A DNA stretch of 32,000 nucleotides from Flavobacteriaceae bacterium (GTDB taxonomy: Bacteria > Bacteroidota > Bacteroidia > Flavobacteriales > Flavobacteriaceae): contig OZ245049.1 of NCBI GenBank assembly GCA_965224465.1, forward strand, positions 1,470,001-1,502,000, given 5' to 3'. How positions within the stretch are numbered: the first letter of the stretch is position 1; each line of letters starts with the position of its first letter. Shown in pieces: positions 8,920 to 18,250 of the stretch. The notes beneath the pieces were generated by a model. The model was not told where the DNA came from. It saw nothing but the letters and a program-made list of their open reading frames with translations, and searched no databases. A program made the position numbers and the translations under genes.

Positions 8920-9282
8920 TTATATAGATTGAATCAGTAATTCTGCAGTGGCAGGATTGGTTGCTAATGGCACATTATGCACATCGCATAAACGCATTAA
9001 CATGGCAATATCTGGTTCATGCGGATGCTTTCCTAATGGATCTCTAAAGAAAAACACCATATTGGTATCCCCTTCTGCAACACGCGTAGCAATTTGAGCA
9101 TCACCTCCCATAGGTCCTGATAAATATTTTTTTACAATAAACCCCGCTTTTTCAGCATTGGTTCCTGTAGTACCTGTAGACACAATAGAGATATCTTTGG
9201 ATAAGATATGTGCTTTAAAATTCATTAAAAACTGAATCATTTCAGCTTTTTTTCCATCATGGGCAATGATTGCTATTTCCAT
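8920..9282 (-). CDS. mgsA: Methylglyoxal synthase
   Basis: IAIIAHDGKK, GTTG and GPMGGDAQI are MGS-like motifs. The track start at 9312 is TTG. The ATG at 9282..9280 gives the usual N-terminus (MEIAIIAHD). A -7 box lies at 9323-9330. Confidence 0.85.
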   Translation of the reverse strand: MEIAIIAHDGKKAEMIQFLMNFKAHILSKDISIVSTGTTGTNAEKAGFIVKKYLSGPMGGDAQIATRVAEGDTNMVFFFRDPLGKHPHEPDIAMLMRLCDVHNVPLATNPATAELLIQSI

Positions 9283-9322
9283 ACTTATTAATTTATTATT
9301 TTTTCGTTTCAATTTTAAGTGT

Positions 9323-9330
9323 CAAACATA
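9323..9330 (-). promoter_or_regulatory. Candidate -7 box for mgsA
   Basis: The plus strand reads CAAACATA, which is TATGTTTG on the minus strand. It lies 41 nt upstream of the ATG at 9282. Confidence 0.4.
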
Positions 9331-9406
9331 CTTATTCAGGGTAAATACAACACGCACTAAACATCATTAAAAGATAAATAAAAGCCATTTATAAAACAAT
9401 AGGACT

Positions 9407-10402
9407 CTATTGTAAAGATGCCGAATATTCTATTAAATCTACAATTTTTGTAGCATATCCAAATTCGTTATCATACCAAGAAACCAACTTGTAAAAATTA
9501 GGATTCAATTCCATTCCAGCACCAGCATCAAATATAGATGTTCTTGGATCTGATACAAAATCCTGTGATACCACAGCGTCTTCTGTATACCCCATAATCC
9601 CTTTTAATTCGTTTTCAGAGGCGTATTTTATCACTTTTTTGATTTCTTCGTAAGAAGTTGATTTTTCTAAACGCACTACCAAATCAACTACAGATACGTC
9701 TACCGTAGGCACGCGATATGCCATTGCAGAAAGCTTCCCTTCCAAGGCAGGCAATATTTTAATCACTGCTTTTGCCGCTCCTGTAGAGGTAGGAATAATA
9801 TTATTAAGGGCAGAACGTCCTCTCCTTCTTTTATTTAAGGGTCCATCTACGGTTCTTTGACTCGCTGTAGCAGCATGAACTGTGGTAACAATACCTTCTA
9901 CAATTCCAAAGGTATCATCTAATAGTTTTGCTAAAGGCCCCAAACAATTCGTGGTACAAGAGGCATTAGAGAACAGCTGTTCATCTGCTTTCAAATCCGT
10001 GTGATTCACTCCCATCACAAACATTGGAGCGTCTACACTCGGAGCAGAAATCACCACTTTTTTGGCACCACCTTTAACGTGCAAGGCCGCTTTTTCTTTG
10101 CTTGTAAAATATCCTGTAGACTCAATCACATATTCCACATTCTCAGCACCCCAATCAATGTTTTCTGGCATGCGTTCTGCTGTAATTCTTATGCGATTTC
10201 CATTGACTACTAAATCTCCATTGGCAACAGAAATATCGCCTTGAAAACGTCCATGAACGGAATCGTATTTTAACAAATAAGCCAAATCGTCTACATCTAA
10301 TAGGTCATTAATAGCTACTACTTGAATATTTTTTCTTTCCATCATTGATCTGAAAGCCAATCTACCGATCCTTCCAAATCCATTTATTCCAATTTTTATC
10401 AT
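9407..10402 (-). CDS. gap: Type I glyceraldehyde-3-phosphate dehydrogenase
   Basis: 331 aa. It has INGFGRIGR at the N-terminus, the catalytic [11 protein letters not shown] motif, and WYDNEFGY near the C-terminus. Confidence 0.95.
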   Translation of the reverse strand: MIKIGINGFGRIGRLAFRSMMERKNIQVVAINDLLDVDDLAYLLKYDSVHGRFQGDISVANGDLVVNGNRIRITAERMPENIDWGAENVEYVIESTGYFTSKEKAALHVKGGAKKVVISAPSVDAPMFVMGVNHTDLKADEQLFSNASCTTNCLGPLAKLLDDTFGIVEGIVTTVHAATASQRTVDGPLNKRRRGRSALNNIIPTSTGAAKAVIKILPALEGKLSAMAYRVPTVDVSVVDLVVRLEKSTSYEEIKKVIKYASENELKGIMGYTEDAVVSQDFVSDPRTSIFDAGAGMELNPNFYKLVSWYDNEFGYATKIVDLIEYSASLQ

Positions 10403-10410
10403 CTTAACAA

Positions 10411-11397
10411 TTATATTGACATGATATCGCTTACACGCAATAACTCTTTATTTATAGTATGATTTCCTTTTATTGCTTTTTCTAAATCGGTCGTCACAAC
10501 TTTATTATTGATCAGTCCTACCATAATATTTTGTTGTCCATCCAATAATAACTCTACAGACTTCACGCCCAACCTACTGGCAAGAACACGATCAAAACAA
10601 CTAGGGCTTCCACCACGTTGCATGTGACCTAAAACAGATACTCGCACTTCGTATTCAGGCAGGTTTTCTTCTACATAATCTGCCAATTCAAATACGTTTT
10701 TCCCAGTCTTATCACCTTCTGCCACGACAACAATACTAGATGATTTTCCAGAACGTTTGCTTCGTTTTAAAGATTCTAATAACCTGTCTAATCCCATATC
10801 TTCTTCTGGAATCAAAATTTCTTCTGCGCCCGCTCCGACACCAGAATTTAATGCTAAAAAACCAGCATCACGTCCCATCACTTCAACAAAAAACAAGCGA
10901 TTGTGTGAACTTGCAGTATCTCTAATCTTGTCAATTACCTCAACCACAGTATTCAATGCAGTATCGTAACCAATGGTATAATTAGTTCCAGAAATATCGT
11001 TATCTATGGTTCCTGGAATTCCAACACAAGGAATATCAAATTCTTTTTGAAAAATCATTCCACCAGTAAAAGTACCATCTCCTCCAATAAGTACTAGGCC
11101 ATCCACGCCTTCTTTTTTCAGATTCTCATACGCTTTTTTACGACCTTCTTTTGTTCTAAATTCACTAGAGCGTGCCGTTTTTAATACAGTACCTCCTTTA
11201 TTGATTATATTATTTACACTTCTAGCATCCATAGCGATAAAATCACCTTCTATCATTCCTTGATAACCTCTATAAATACCTACACAATCAATATTGTAAT
11301 ATGAACAGGCGCGAACCACAGCACGTATTGCTGCATTCATCCCTGGAGCATCCCCTCCAGAAGTAATTACACCTATTTTTTTTATTCTTTTTTTCAT
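10411..11397 (-). CDS. pfkA: ATP-dependent 6-phosphofructokinase
   Basis: 328 aa with [34 protein letters not shown] and MGRDAG motifs. It lies 8 nt upstream of gap, so pfkA-gap is probably an operon. Confidence 0.95.
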   Translation of the reverse strand: MKKRIKKIGVITSGGDAPGMNAAIRAVVRACSYYNIDCVGIYRGYQGMIEGDFIAMDARSVNNIINKGGTVLKTARSSEFRTKEGRKKAYENLKKEGVDGLVLIGGDGTFTGGMIFQKEFDIPCVGIPGTIDNDISGTNYTIGYDTALNTVVEVIDKIRDTASSHNRLFFVEVMGRDAGFLALNSGVGAGAEEILIPEEDMGLDRLLESLKRSKRSGKSSSIVVVAEGDKTGKNVFELADYVEENLPEYEVRVSVLGHMQRGGSPSCFDRVLASRLGVKSVELLLDGQQNIMVGLINNKVVTTDLEKAIKGNHTINKELLRVSDIMSI

Positions 11398-11416
11398 TTA
11401 TTAGTTTTGGGTTTTC

Positions 11417-11424
11417 CAAATGTA
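11417..11424 (-). promoter_or_regulatory. Candidate -7 box for pfkA-gap
   Basis: The plus strand reads CAAATGTA, which is TACATTTG on the minus strand. It lies 20 nt upstream of the pfkA ATG. Confidence 0.45.
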
Positions 11425-11481
11425 TTAAAGTAATTTTACATTCAAAAAGTTGTACTCCCGTAAAGTACTAAAATAAACGTA

Positions 11482-11538
11482 ATTTTAGTTCTATGCATTA
11501 ATAATTATTTTAACAGAATACACTTTTAGAACTAAAAT
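11482..11538 (-). terminator. Hairpin downstream of the nucleotidyltransferase gene (possible terminator)
   Basis: ATTTTAGTTCTA (11482-11493) pairs perfectly with TAGAACTAAAAT (11527-11538), giving a 12-bp stem. The loop is large at 33 nt, so function is uncertain. Confidence 0.3.
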
Positions 11539-11549
11539 CTATTCAAATA

Positions 11550-12455
11550 CTACTTCCATAAAAATTTTGGATAGACACCTTTTTCTTTTAATTCCTGAAT
11601 GGCAGCAGTTACAGTCTCCTTATCCTCTTTGTACGTTACTCCAAACCATTTGGCATCAGATTTCAACACTTCTACTGAACCTGTATTCTTTTTAATTACT
11701 GCATTCACCACTAAAGGAATAAAAAATTCTGCCTTCATCTCTTTATAATTGTCAACTAAAAAGTTCTCAAACATTGTTTCTGACACGTCAAAATAACGAG
11801 GCGTAAACCCCCAGAAATTCATAGAAACAACGGTTTCCTCTGAAATAGGAGTAAAAACACCCGCATCGTTTTTATACTGTAAACTTCCCTCAATATTTTC
11901 GATATGAGTACGCTCTACAACACCTGTTAAAAAACCTTTATCGTTTACTTGACATTCTCCCCTAGAAACAAATCCGTTTTCAGAAATAGTATTTTTTAAT
12001 CGGTAGCCCATCATATTGTAATTATCAGTCTTAGGATCCATCTTCATCAAAGATTTCGCCATCACTTCAAAGGCTTCTTTTCCATAAAAATCATCTGCAT
12101 TAATTACCGTAAAATTCTCTTTTACTACATCTTTTGCCATCAAAACAGCATGCCCAGTCCCCCAAGGTTTTTCACGTTTATTGTCTTTAAATCGCGCTGG
12201 AATATTATCCAATTCTTGGAATACATATTCGACCGCTATTTTACCTGCCAACTTCTTATTAAACACGGCTGTAAATTCGACTTCAATACTTTTTCTAATG
12301 ATAAAAACAACTTTTCCAAAACCTGCCTGAACAGCATCGTAAATTGAAAAATCTAGAATTGTATCACCTTCTGGTGTAAATGTATCTAATTGTTTTAATC
12401 CTCCATAACGACTACCAATGCCGGCTGCCAAAATAACTAGGGTCGGTTTATTCAT
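11550..12455 (-). CDS. Sugar-phosphate nucleotidyltransferase family protein
   Basis: 301 aa with the N-terminal NTP-binding loop LAAGIGSRYGGLKQLD. Its ATG at 12455 overlaps the tamB stop (12448-12450) by 8 nt. Confidence 0.75.
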   Translation of the reverse strand: MNKPTLVILAAGIGSRYGGLKQLDTFTPEGDTILDFSIYDAVQAGFGKVVFIIRKSIEVEFTAVFNKKLAGKIAVEYVFQELDNIPARFKDNKREKPWGTGHAVLMAKDVVKENFTVINADDFYGKEAFEVMAKSLMKMDPKTDNYNMMGYRLKNTISENGFVSRGECQVNDKGFLTGVVERTHIENIEGSLQYKNDAGVFTPISEETVVSMNFWGFTPRYFDVSETMFENFLVDNYKEMKAEFFIPLVVNAVIKKNTGSVEVLKSDAKWFGVTYKEDKETVTAAIQELKEKGVYPKFLWK

Positions 12456-15400
12456 TTTTTTTATTTATAAAATTAAATATGTTTCTATTTCTTCTTATTG
12501 AATCTTTTTTTGAAAGACTATTAAGGCTATCTTTTTCAATCAATATCTTTTTCAATCCTAACTTCTGTAACAATTCCTTTCCGCTATTAAAATCGATACT
12601 ATAATTAAATCCAATCCCCTGTGTATATCCTTCTTCTTCACTTGTATACTGAATTTCGTTTTGACGGTTAAAAACAGACAAGCGCATATTTCCTTCTTCA
12701 TTGAGTAGGAATTCTGCATTTGCTTCGCCTATTACATCGGTTTGCTGTTTCTCACCAATAGGCACAAGTGCTTTTCCGTTTACAACTACTCGGTTGCCTA
12801 TTTGATACTCTACAGCAAACCCTAATTGATCATCTGTATTGTACGAATCTACTCTATTTTTATCACCTACAATATAAGAAGGTGTTAACTTAAATTTACT
12901 ATTGCTATCATTTAAAACATCTTGTAATAAATTTGATAAAATATCTGCACTAGTTCCGGCAGCAGCACTTCCAGCGGCGGAACCAATAAGATCCTCGTTG
13001 TAAAATGAATTGGCAATTAACAAAGACATAAACTGCAATGTCCTATCATTTTCTCCATTTCGTTTTAACTTTAATTCTAACTCTGAAGAGACAATAGAAC
13101 TTGAATTTGGTATTTCTATATCAAATTCCTTTTGAGAATCAAACAATTCTCCAGAAAAACGTGTAATCAAATCTACGGGTATTTTTCTACTACTGTTAAT
13201 ATTCTCTAAAAAAGTTCGTGGATTTGCCTGTACACGATACACCGCTTCTATATTAATATTTGCAGCCAATGGATTTCCATTCCAACTTATAGTCCCTCCT
13301 TTTTTTACTTCAAAAGGCTTTGTGATTCCAAAATATTTAAAATTGTATTGCCCATTATCTATCGTATAATTACCATACATTTCAAATTTATTTTTAGTAT
13401 CTAAATTTATTTGCAAAAACCCTGTACCTCTTCCTTTTAAATAACTTCCTGTAGTCTTATCTAATACCATTTCAAACATGGCATCTTTTGTAACTTCTAT
13501 ATTAAAATTCATACTCAAGCCTTTTAACTTCTCTGCTAAATATTCGGCTCTAGATAGTTCTTCTTCCTTGGTGTTTTCTGTCTTTTTATTTACAAACCTA
13601 AACACCTCTGTATTACTTATGGTTTTCACATCACTAATAGGGACTACAAAATTTGTGTTTTTCATAGTCTTGGCATTTACATCTATTATTAATTTACTTG
13701 TAGGACCATGAATTTTTGCTTTTCCAGCAATAAATCCTGTGCCAAAAAACAAAGATTTCTCTTCTTGCTTTGTATCTAAAACCAACAAATTATTGGTTTC
13801 TATATCCAAATCCAAATCCCACTTTTTAAATTTATGATGCGAAATGCTCCCCGTTAAATACCCTTGTGATTTGTGTTTGGTATCCTCTAACAATACATCT
13901 ACTATTTTAAATGTTTGCTTTTCTAATTCAATAACACTGGTTCCAGCAAAGTCATAATCTACATTCAAATATGGAAAATACATTCCTGCTTGATCAAAGA
14001 ACAACTCACCTCCCATATCAAAATTATTGACAGGGCCAGAGAGTGTTGCGTTTCCATATAAAAAACCTCTAATTTTTGTCAATACTTCCCCTCCTAAACC
14101 ACTAAAGGCACTTACATCAAACTCGTTAAATTCTACTTCACTATCAATAATAGGGGTTTCCGAAGAAAAATCGAGCGTTCCAGTAGACTTCATGGTGGTA
14201 TCCCCTTCCAAATCTAAGGCTACATACATTTTAAATTTCTTTATAGAATTATCTCCTGCAATTTGAATTTTCAGATCTCCTTGTTTCTTAGAATTAATTT
14301 GAAAATTATTGATTGCCAATTCCACCGTTGGACGCAATTGATACCTAGTTTTTAAATAGCGAAATTGACCATTTAGCAATCCCCTTAAACTCAAACTATC
14401 AATGTGTGGCGTAATCTCATCCAAATTCACATTCTTAAAATCAAAAGTAACATCTGTGGTTGTTGAATCTTTTATGATTCCATTAAATTTTATCTCTTGT
14501 CCCTTGGATTTCAAGGAGAAATTCTCAAAAATCAATTCTTCCAGACTATTGTTATATACAACTCTATTTTTATTTTTGGAACTTGCATTTATCTTCCATG
14601 TATTTTTCTTTAAATTTAATGTAGATTCCTGCAGACCAAAAACGGAATTATTTAAGGGATCAATCGTGTGGTAGAAATCAATTTTAAACGATTCCGTTTG
14701 TTTTTTCCCTCCCAGTAATTCTGTCTTAAAAAACAAGGTGTCATTTTTTGTTTTATTCAATAAATTTAACTCGGATAAACGATAAAAATCAGTACTAATA
14801 TCTCCTACATATAAATGGGTATTAAACAAAGGATTCTTGGTGTCTATCTGTAAATTTAATTTTTTAATCACATATTTATAAACCGTTATTTGAGGTGACT
14901 TTACAGACAGCTTAAACAAATTTTCATCGGCATTTATCTCTCCTCTTATCAGTGTATTTGACGCCAAATTAATTTCAGGATAAAAGACCTCTACAATTTT
15001 ATGATGAATTTTAAAACGAAAATCTAAGAACTGCCCAGGGCTTAGCTCATAAGGTGTATAATTAGAATACAAACTACCAATGGAGTTAATCGCTAATTTC
15101 CCTAACTGTGCTATTTTAAATTTCCCTCGAACGCGACCATTCAAAATTTCGTTAGAATTTACAGCAATTGTTCTCACCTCATCTTTAAAAGAAGCACTAA
15201 TTGTAAAATCTTTAAAATAAAAATTGTCTTTTTGATTGTTGTACGAAGTATTTTGAAAATTAATATGTCCGACAACATTGTCTATCGTATTTCCTTTCAG
15301 TTTAATATTGATAAGTCCTTTCAAAACGGCAATACTATCCCGTTTAAATAGGTTGAGCTTATTGATTTCACAATAGTCAACCTGCGTTTTAAAATCAAAG

Positions 15401-16842
15401 GAATAAACATCCGAAGACAAATCTGCCAAGCCTTTAAAATTCAATTTTATATTGGGATCGTTGACTTCCATTTCTCCCTTAAAACGCTTGTTTGAGAATT
15501 GTCCATTGATCGATATATTTCCGTAAGTATACCCTTTATATTGATGCTTAGAAACAGTCCCTACAACTTTGGTATCGATGGATTCTAAGTCAAAGCCTTT
15601 CCCGTCTATTCTTGCTCTCATAGACAAATGTCCTACCAACGAATCTTTTATTACACGCCCTAAATCAAAATCTATAATTTCTATATCACCCGTATAAGAA
15701 GCTTTGTTAATATCTGTAATATGAGATAGTTTTAAGTCTGAAATAGTCGTTCCTAAATCGGTATGCATTTCCAATTGAGCATCTATCAGATCTTTAGTAA
15801 TCACCGTGGTTCCTTTTAAGGTGAAATCTCCAAAATCTTTAAAAACTTGAGGGAGTGAATTCCCTAACAAATTTGGTAAAAGCTGCTTTAATTGTTCATA
15901 GTTGGAACCTAGCTCATTAAACTCTCCTTTAAACCAAAAGTCCTTATCGCTGCTCATTGCATTTTTAATATGAAGTGTTCCGTCTACAACCAGGTCTTGT
16001 TTAGAAACCAAATCCATATCTTCCAACAACAAATCGTTTAATGTTCCCGTTATTTTAGTAGAGAAATCCAAGACATCATTTGTACCAAATTCATAATAGA
16101 ATTTTTGCATATCCTGCATGGCAATTCTAGCATCTGTAATATCGGCAGTCAATTGCACTTTATTGTTAAAATCGGAAAAATCAGCGCGCTTATAATCAAA
16201 GCGAATATCTCCTTTTACTACCGAACCTTCCGTTTTTAACACTGTGTTTAAAAAACTCATAGCCGTTAACGAATACATAAATTGCGTGCTCAAACTCATC
16301 ACTTCTATATTGTGACTTTCTGTAAATCCAACATCTTTTATAAATACTTTTACATGAGGCCCCACAATACGTAAACTATCCGCAACTCCATTTATATCAC
16401 TAAAATATATGGGACTTACCACTTCTTGATTTTCATTTACGATTTCTACATACCCCGCATGCAACAAAATATCCGAAGTCGACAATTTAAAATTCGATGG
16501 TTTTTCTGGATCACTTTTCCCAAATTTATCAATAAACTGATTTAGGTTATCTTCACTTTCTCCTTCGTAAGTTTTCATTTTTAAACGAAATCCATCCAAA
16601 TGAATAGCTCCAAATTCCAACTTGTTTTCAATAAAATTCTGATAACTAGTGACCGATGTTATAAGATTTTCAATATAAATTAAAGTATCATTCCTATGGT
16701 CGTTTATTTGTACACTCTTTAACTGGATTTCTCCTAAAAGCCCTAAATTTATTTTTTTAATGGTAATATCTACCTCATATTTCTTTTTCAGCCATTGCGT
16801 AGCATACTCTCCAAGTCGTGTTTGAACAGGTGAAAGCGTCAA
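12448..16842 (-). CDS. tamB: Translocation/assembly module protein TamB-like (giant envelope-spanning beta-rich protein)
   Basis: 1464-aa ORF, Asn/Lys/Phe-rich with a repetitive beta character and a conserved-looking C-terminal region. The track start at 16842 is TTG. The expected N-terminal signal-anchor helix is encoded in frame upstream of it (see finding), so the true 5' end is uncertain and may reach about 16917. Confidence 0.75.
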   Translation of the reverse strand: MTLSPVQTRLGEYATQWLKKKYEVDITIKKINLGLLGEIQLKSVQINDHRNDTLIYIENLITSVTSYQNFIENKLEFGAIHLDGFRLKMKTYEGESEDNLNQFIDKFGKSDPEKPSNFKLSTSDILLHAGYVEIVNENQEVVSPIYFSDINGVADSLRIVGPHVKVFIKDVGFTESHNIEVMSLSTQFMYSLTAMSFLNTVLKTEGSVVKGDIRFDYKRADFSDFNNKVQLTADITDARIAMQDMQKFYYEFGTNDVLDFSTKITGTLNDLLLEDMDLVSKQDLVVDGTLHIKNAMSSDKDFWFKGEFNELGSNYEQLKQLLPNLLGNSLPQVFKDFGDFTLKGTTVITKDLIDAQLEMHTDLGTTISDLKLSHITDINKASYTGDIEIIDFDLGRVIKDSLVGHLSMRARIDGKGFDLESIDTKVVGTVSKHQYKGYTYGNISINGQFSNKRFKGEMEVNDPNIKLNFKGLADLSSDVYSFDFKTQVDYCEINKLNLFKRDSIAVLKGLINIKLKGNTIDNVVGHINFQNTSYNNQKDNFYFKDFTISASFKDEVRTIAVNSNEILNGRVRGKFKIAQLGKLAINSIGSLYSNYTPYELSPGQFLDFRFKIHHKIVEVFYPEINLASNTLIRGEINADENLFKLSVKSPQITVYKYVIKKLNLQIDTKNPLFNTHLYVGDISTDFYRLSELNLLNKTKNDTLFFKTELLGGKKQTESFKIDFYHTIDPLNNSVFGLQESTLNLKKNTWKINASSKNKNRVVYNNSLEELIFENFSLKSKGQEIKFNGIIKDSTTTDVTFDFKNVNLDEITPHIDSLSLRGLLNGQFRYLKTRYQLRPTVELAINNFQINSKKQGDLKIQIAGDNSIKKFKMYVALDLEGDTTMKSTGTLDFSSETPIIDSEVEFNEFDVSAFSGLGGEVLTKIRGFLYGNATLSGPVNNFDMGGELFFDQAGMYFPYLNVDYDFAGTSVIELEKQTFKIVDVLLEDTKHKSQGYLTGSISHHKFKKWDLDLDIETNNLLVLDTKQEEKSLFFGTGFIAGKAKIHGPTSKLIIDVNAKTMKNTNFVVPISDVKTISNTEVFRFVNKKTENTKEEELSRAEYLAEKLKGLSMNFNIEVTKDAMFEMVLDKTTGSYLKGRGTGFLQINLDTKNKFEMYGNYTIDNGQYNFKYFGITKPFEVKKGGTISWNGNPLAANINIEAVYRVQANPRTFLENINSSRKIPVDLITRFSGELFDSQKEFDIEIPNSSSIVSSELELKLKRNGENDRTLQFMSLLIANSFYNEDLIGSAAGSAAAGTSADILSNLLQDVLNDSNSKFKLTPSYIVGDKNRVDSYNTDDQLGFAVEYQIGNRVVVNGKALVPIGEKQQTDVIGEANAEFLLNEEGNMRLSVFNRQNEIQYTSEEEGYTQGIGFNYSIDFNSGKELLQKLGLKKILIEKDSLNSLSKKDSIRRNRNIFNFINKKNE

Positions 16843-16923
16843 TAAAACACTACTTAAAGAAAGTATTACTATAATTCCAAGTAAAATTTTGACTAGTATT
16901 TTTTTTGTTTGTTTGATAACTCT

Positions 16924-16931
16924 TAAATTTG
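16924..16931 (+). promoter_or_regulatory. Candidate -7 box for tsaD, with upstream TTTG repeats (16904-16915) as possible -33
   Basis: TAAATTTG lies 20 nt upstream of ATG 16951. TTTGTTTGTTTG lies 9-20 nt further upstream. Confidence 0.45.
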
Positions 16932-16950
16932 CATTTTTACGGCAATTTTC

Positions 16951-18006
16951 ATGCCTAAACTATTTATAATGATAAGTTCTAAACCTATATACATTCTAGG
17001 CATCGAATCATCTTGTGATGATACGAGTGCTGCCGTAATCTGCAACGGAAAAATACTATCAAATGTTGTTGCCAATCAAGAAATTCACGCTGCTTACGGC
17101 GGTGTTGTTCCTGAATTAGCCTCGCGAGCCCATCAACAAAACATTGTTCCTGTGATAGATCAAGCGATTCAACAAGCAAATATCGACAAAAAAGACTTAA
17201 ATGCCATAGCTTTTACACGTGGACCTGGATTAATGGGTTCTTTATTAGTAGGCACCTCATTTGCCAAGTCATTATCACTAGGTCTAAACATCCCATTAAT
17301 TGCAGTAAATCACATGCAAGGACACATATTGGCCCATTTTATAGAGGAACAGGATTATACAGCTCCCCCCTTTCCATTTATCTGTTTAACCATTAGTGGT
17401 GGTCATACTCAGATTGTAAAAGTTTCCGATTATTTTGACATGAAAATTCTTGGAGAAACCATAGATGATGCTGTAGGTGAAGCCTTTGATAAATCGGCAA
17501 AAATATTAGGGTTGCCATATCCCGGAGGACCTCTTGTAGATAAATACGCAAAATTAGGAAACCCTAAAGCTTTTAAATTTACCAAACCTAGAGTTGGAGA
17601 ACTTGACTTTAGTTTTAGTGGTTTAAAAACAGCTATCCTATATTTTATTCAAAAACAAGTAAAAGAAAACCCACATTTTATCTCAGAAAACTTACATGAT
17701 ATTTGCGCCTCTATACAACATACCATTGTAGAAATATTAATGGACAAATTAAAGAATGCTGTCAAAATCACAGGCATCAATCATATTGCCATCGCTGGAG
17801 GTGTGAGTGCAAATTCTGAAATTAGAAAAGTTTTAAAAGAAGCAGAACAAAAATACGGATGGCATACCTACATTCCTAAATTTGAATACACAACAGACAA
17901 TGCTGCTATGATCGCAGAAACTGGCTATTTAAAATACTTAAACAACGATTTTAGCGAACAGAGTATTTCTGCTTCAGCGAGAATGAATGTGAGTGATAAA
18001 GAATAA
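16951..18006 (+). CDS. tsaD: tRNA N6-adenosine threonylcarbamoyltransferase
   Basis: ILGIESSCDDTSAAV, VNHMQGHI and ISGGHTQIV motifs. ATG codons occur at 16951 and 16969, and the latter gives the more typical N-terminus. A -7 box lies at 16924-16931. Confidence 0.95.
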   Translation: MPKLFIMISSKPIYILGIESSCDDTSAAVICNGKILSNVVANQEIHAAYGGVVPELASRAHQQNIVPVIDQAIQQANIDKKDLNAIAFTRGPGLMGSLLVGTSFAKSLSLGLNIPLIAVNHMQGHILAHFIEEQDYTAPPFPFICLTISGGHTQIVKVSDYFDMKILGETIDDAVGEAFDKSAKILGLPYPGGPLVDKYAKLGNPKAFKFTKPRVGELDFSFSGLKTAILYFIQKQVKENPHFISENLHDICASIQHTIVEILMDKLKNAVKITGINHIAIAGGVSANSEIRKVLKEAEQKYGWHTYIPKFEYTTDNAAMIAETGYLKYLNNDFSEQSISASARMNVSDKE

Positions 18007-18011
18007 TTTTT

Positions 18012-18033
18012 CGGATTGAGAATTTGGAATTGA
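18012..18033 (+). repeat. Motif copy 1: CGGATTGAGAATTTGGAATTGA
   Basis: 20 of 22 positions are identical to 18098-18119. It begins 6 nt after the tsaD stop. Confidence 0.8.
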
Positions 18034-18097
18034 AAGAACTCACATTGCTTTACGTATCAATCCGAAAGGCATCATGTCTGTTAGAAATCAGGAATTA

Positions 18098-18119
18098 CGG
18101 ATTACGAATTTGGAATTGA
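18098..18119 (+). repeat. Motif copy 2: CGGATTACGAATTTGGAATTGA
   Basis: A direct repeat of 18012-18033, 86 nt downstream. Confidence 0.8.
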
Positions 18120-18174
18120 TGGATTGCAATAAATTTTACACAAATTCAGAAGTCCTGATTCAAATTTAAAACCT

Positions 18175-18213
18175 AAAAAAGCGATTAAGATTCTAAATAT
18201 CAATCGCTTTTTT
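18175..18213. terminator. Bidirectional rho-independent terminator between tsaD (+) and the E2 gene (-)
   Basis: AAAAAAGCGATT (18175-18186), a 15-nt loop, then AATCGCTTTTTT (18202-18213). The A-run and T-run flanking the GC-containing stem allow function on either strand. Confidence 0.7.
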
Positions 18214-18250
18214 GTGGTTATTTGTCGCTTTTAAACGCTTCTAACATCTT

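Noticed and set aside
18074-18169. 31-codon ORF (MSVRNQELRITNLELMDCNKFYTNSEVLIQI) in the tsaD 3' region
   Set aside because: It is simply the translation of the repeat and hairpin sequence. There is no promoter, and nucleotide-level repeat structure explains the conservation better.
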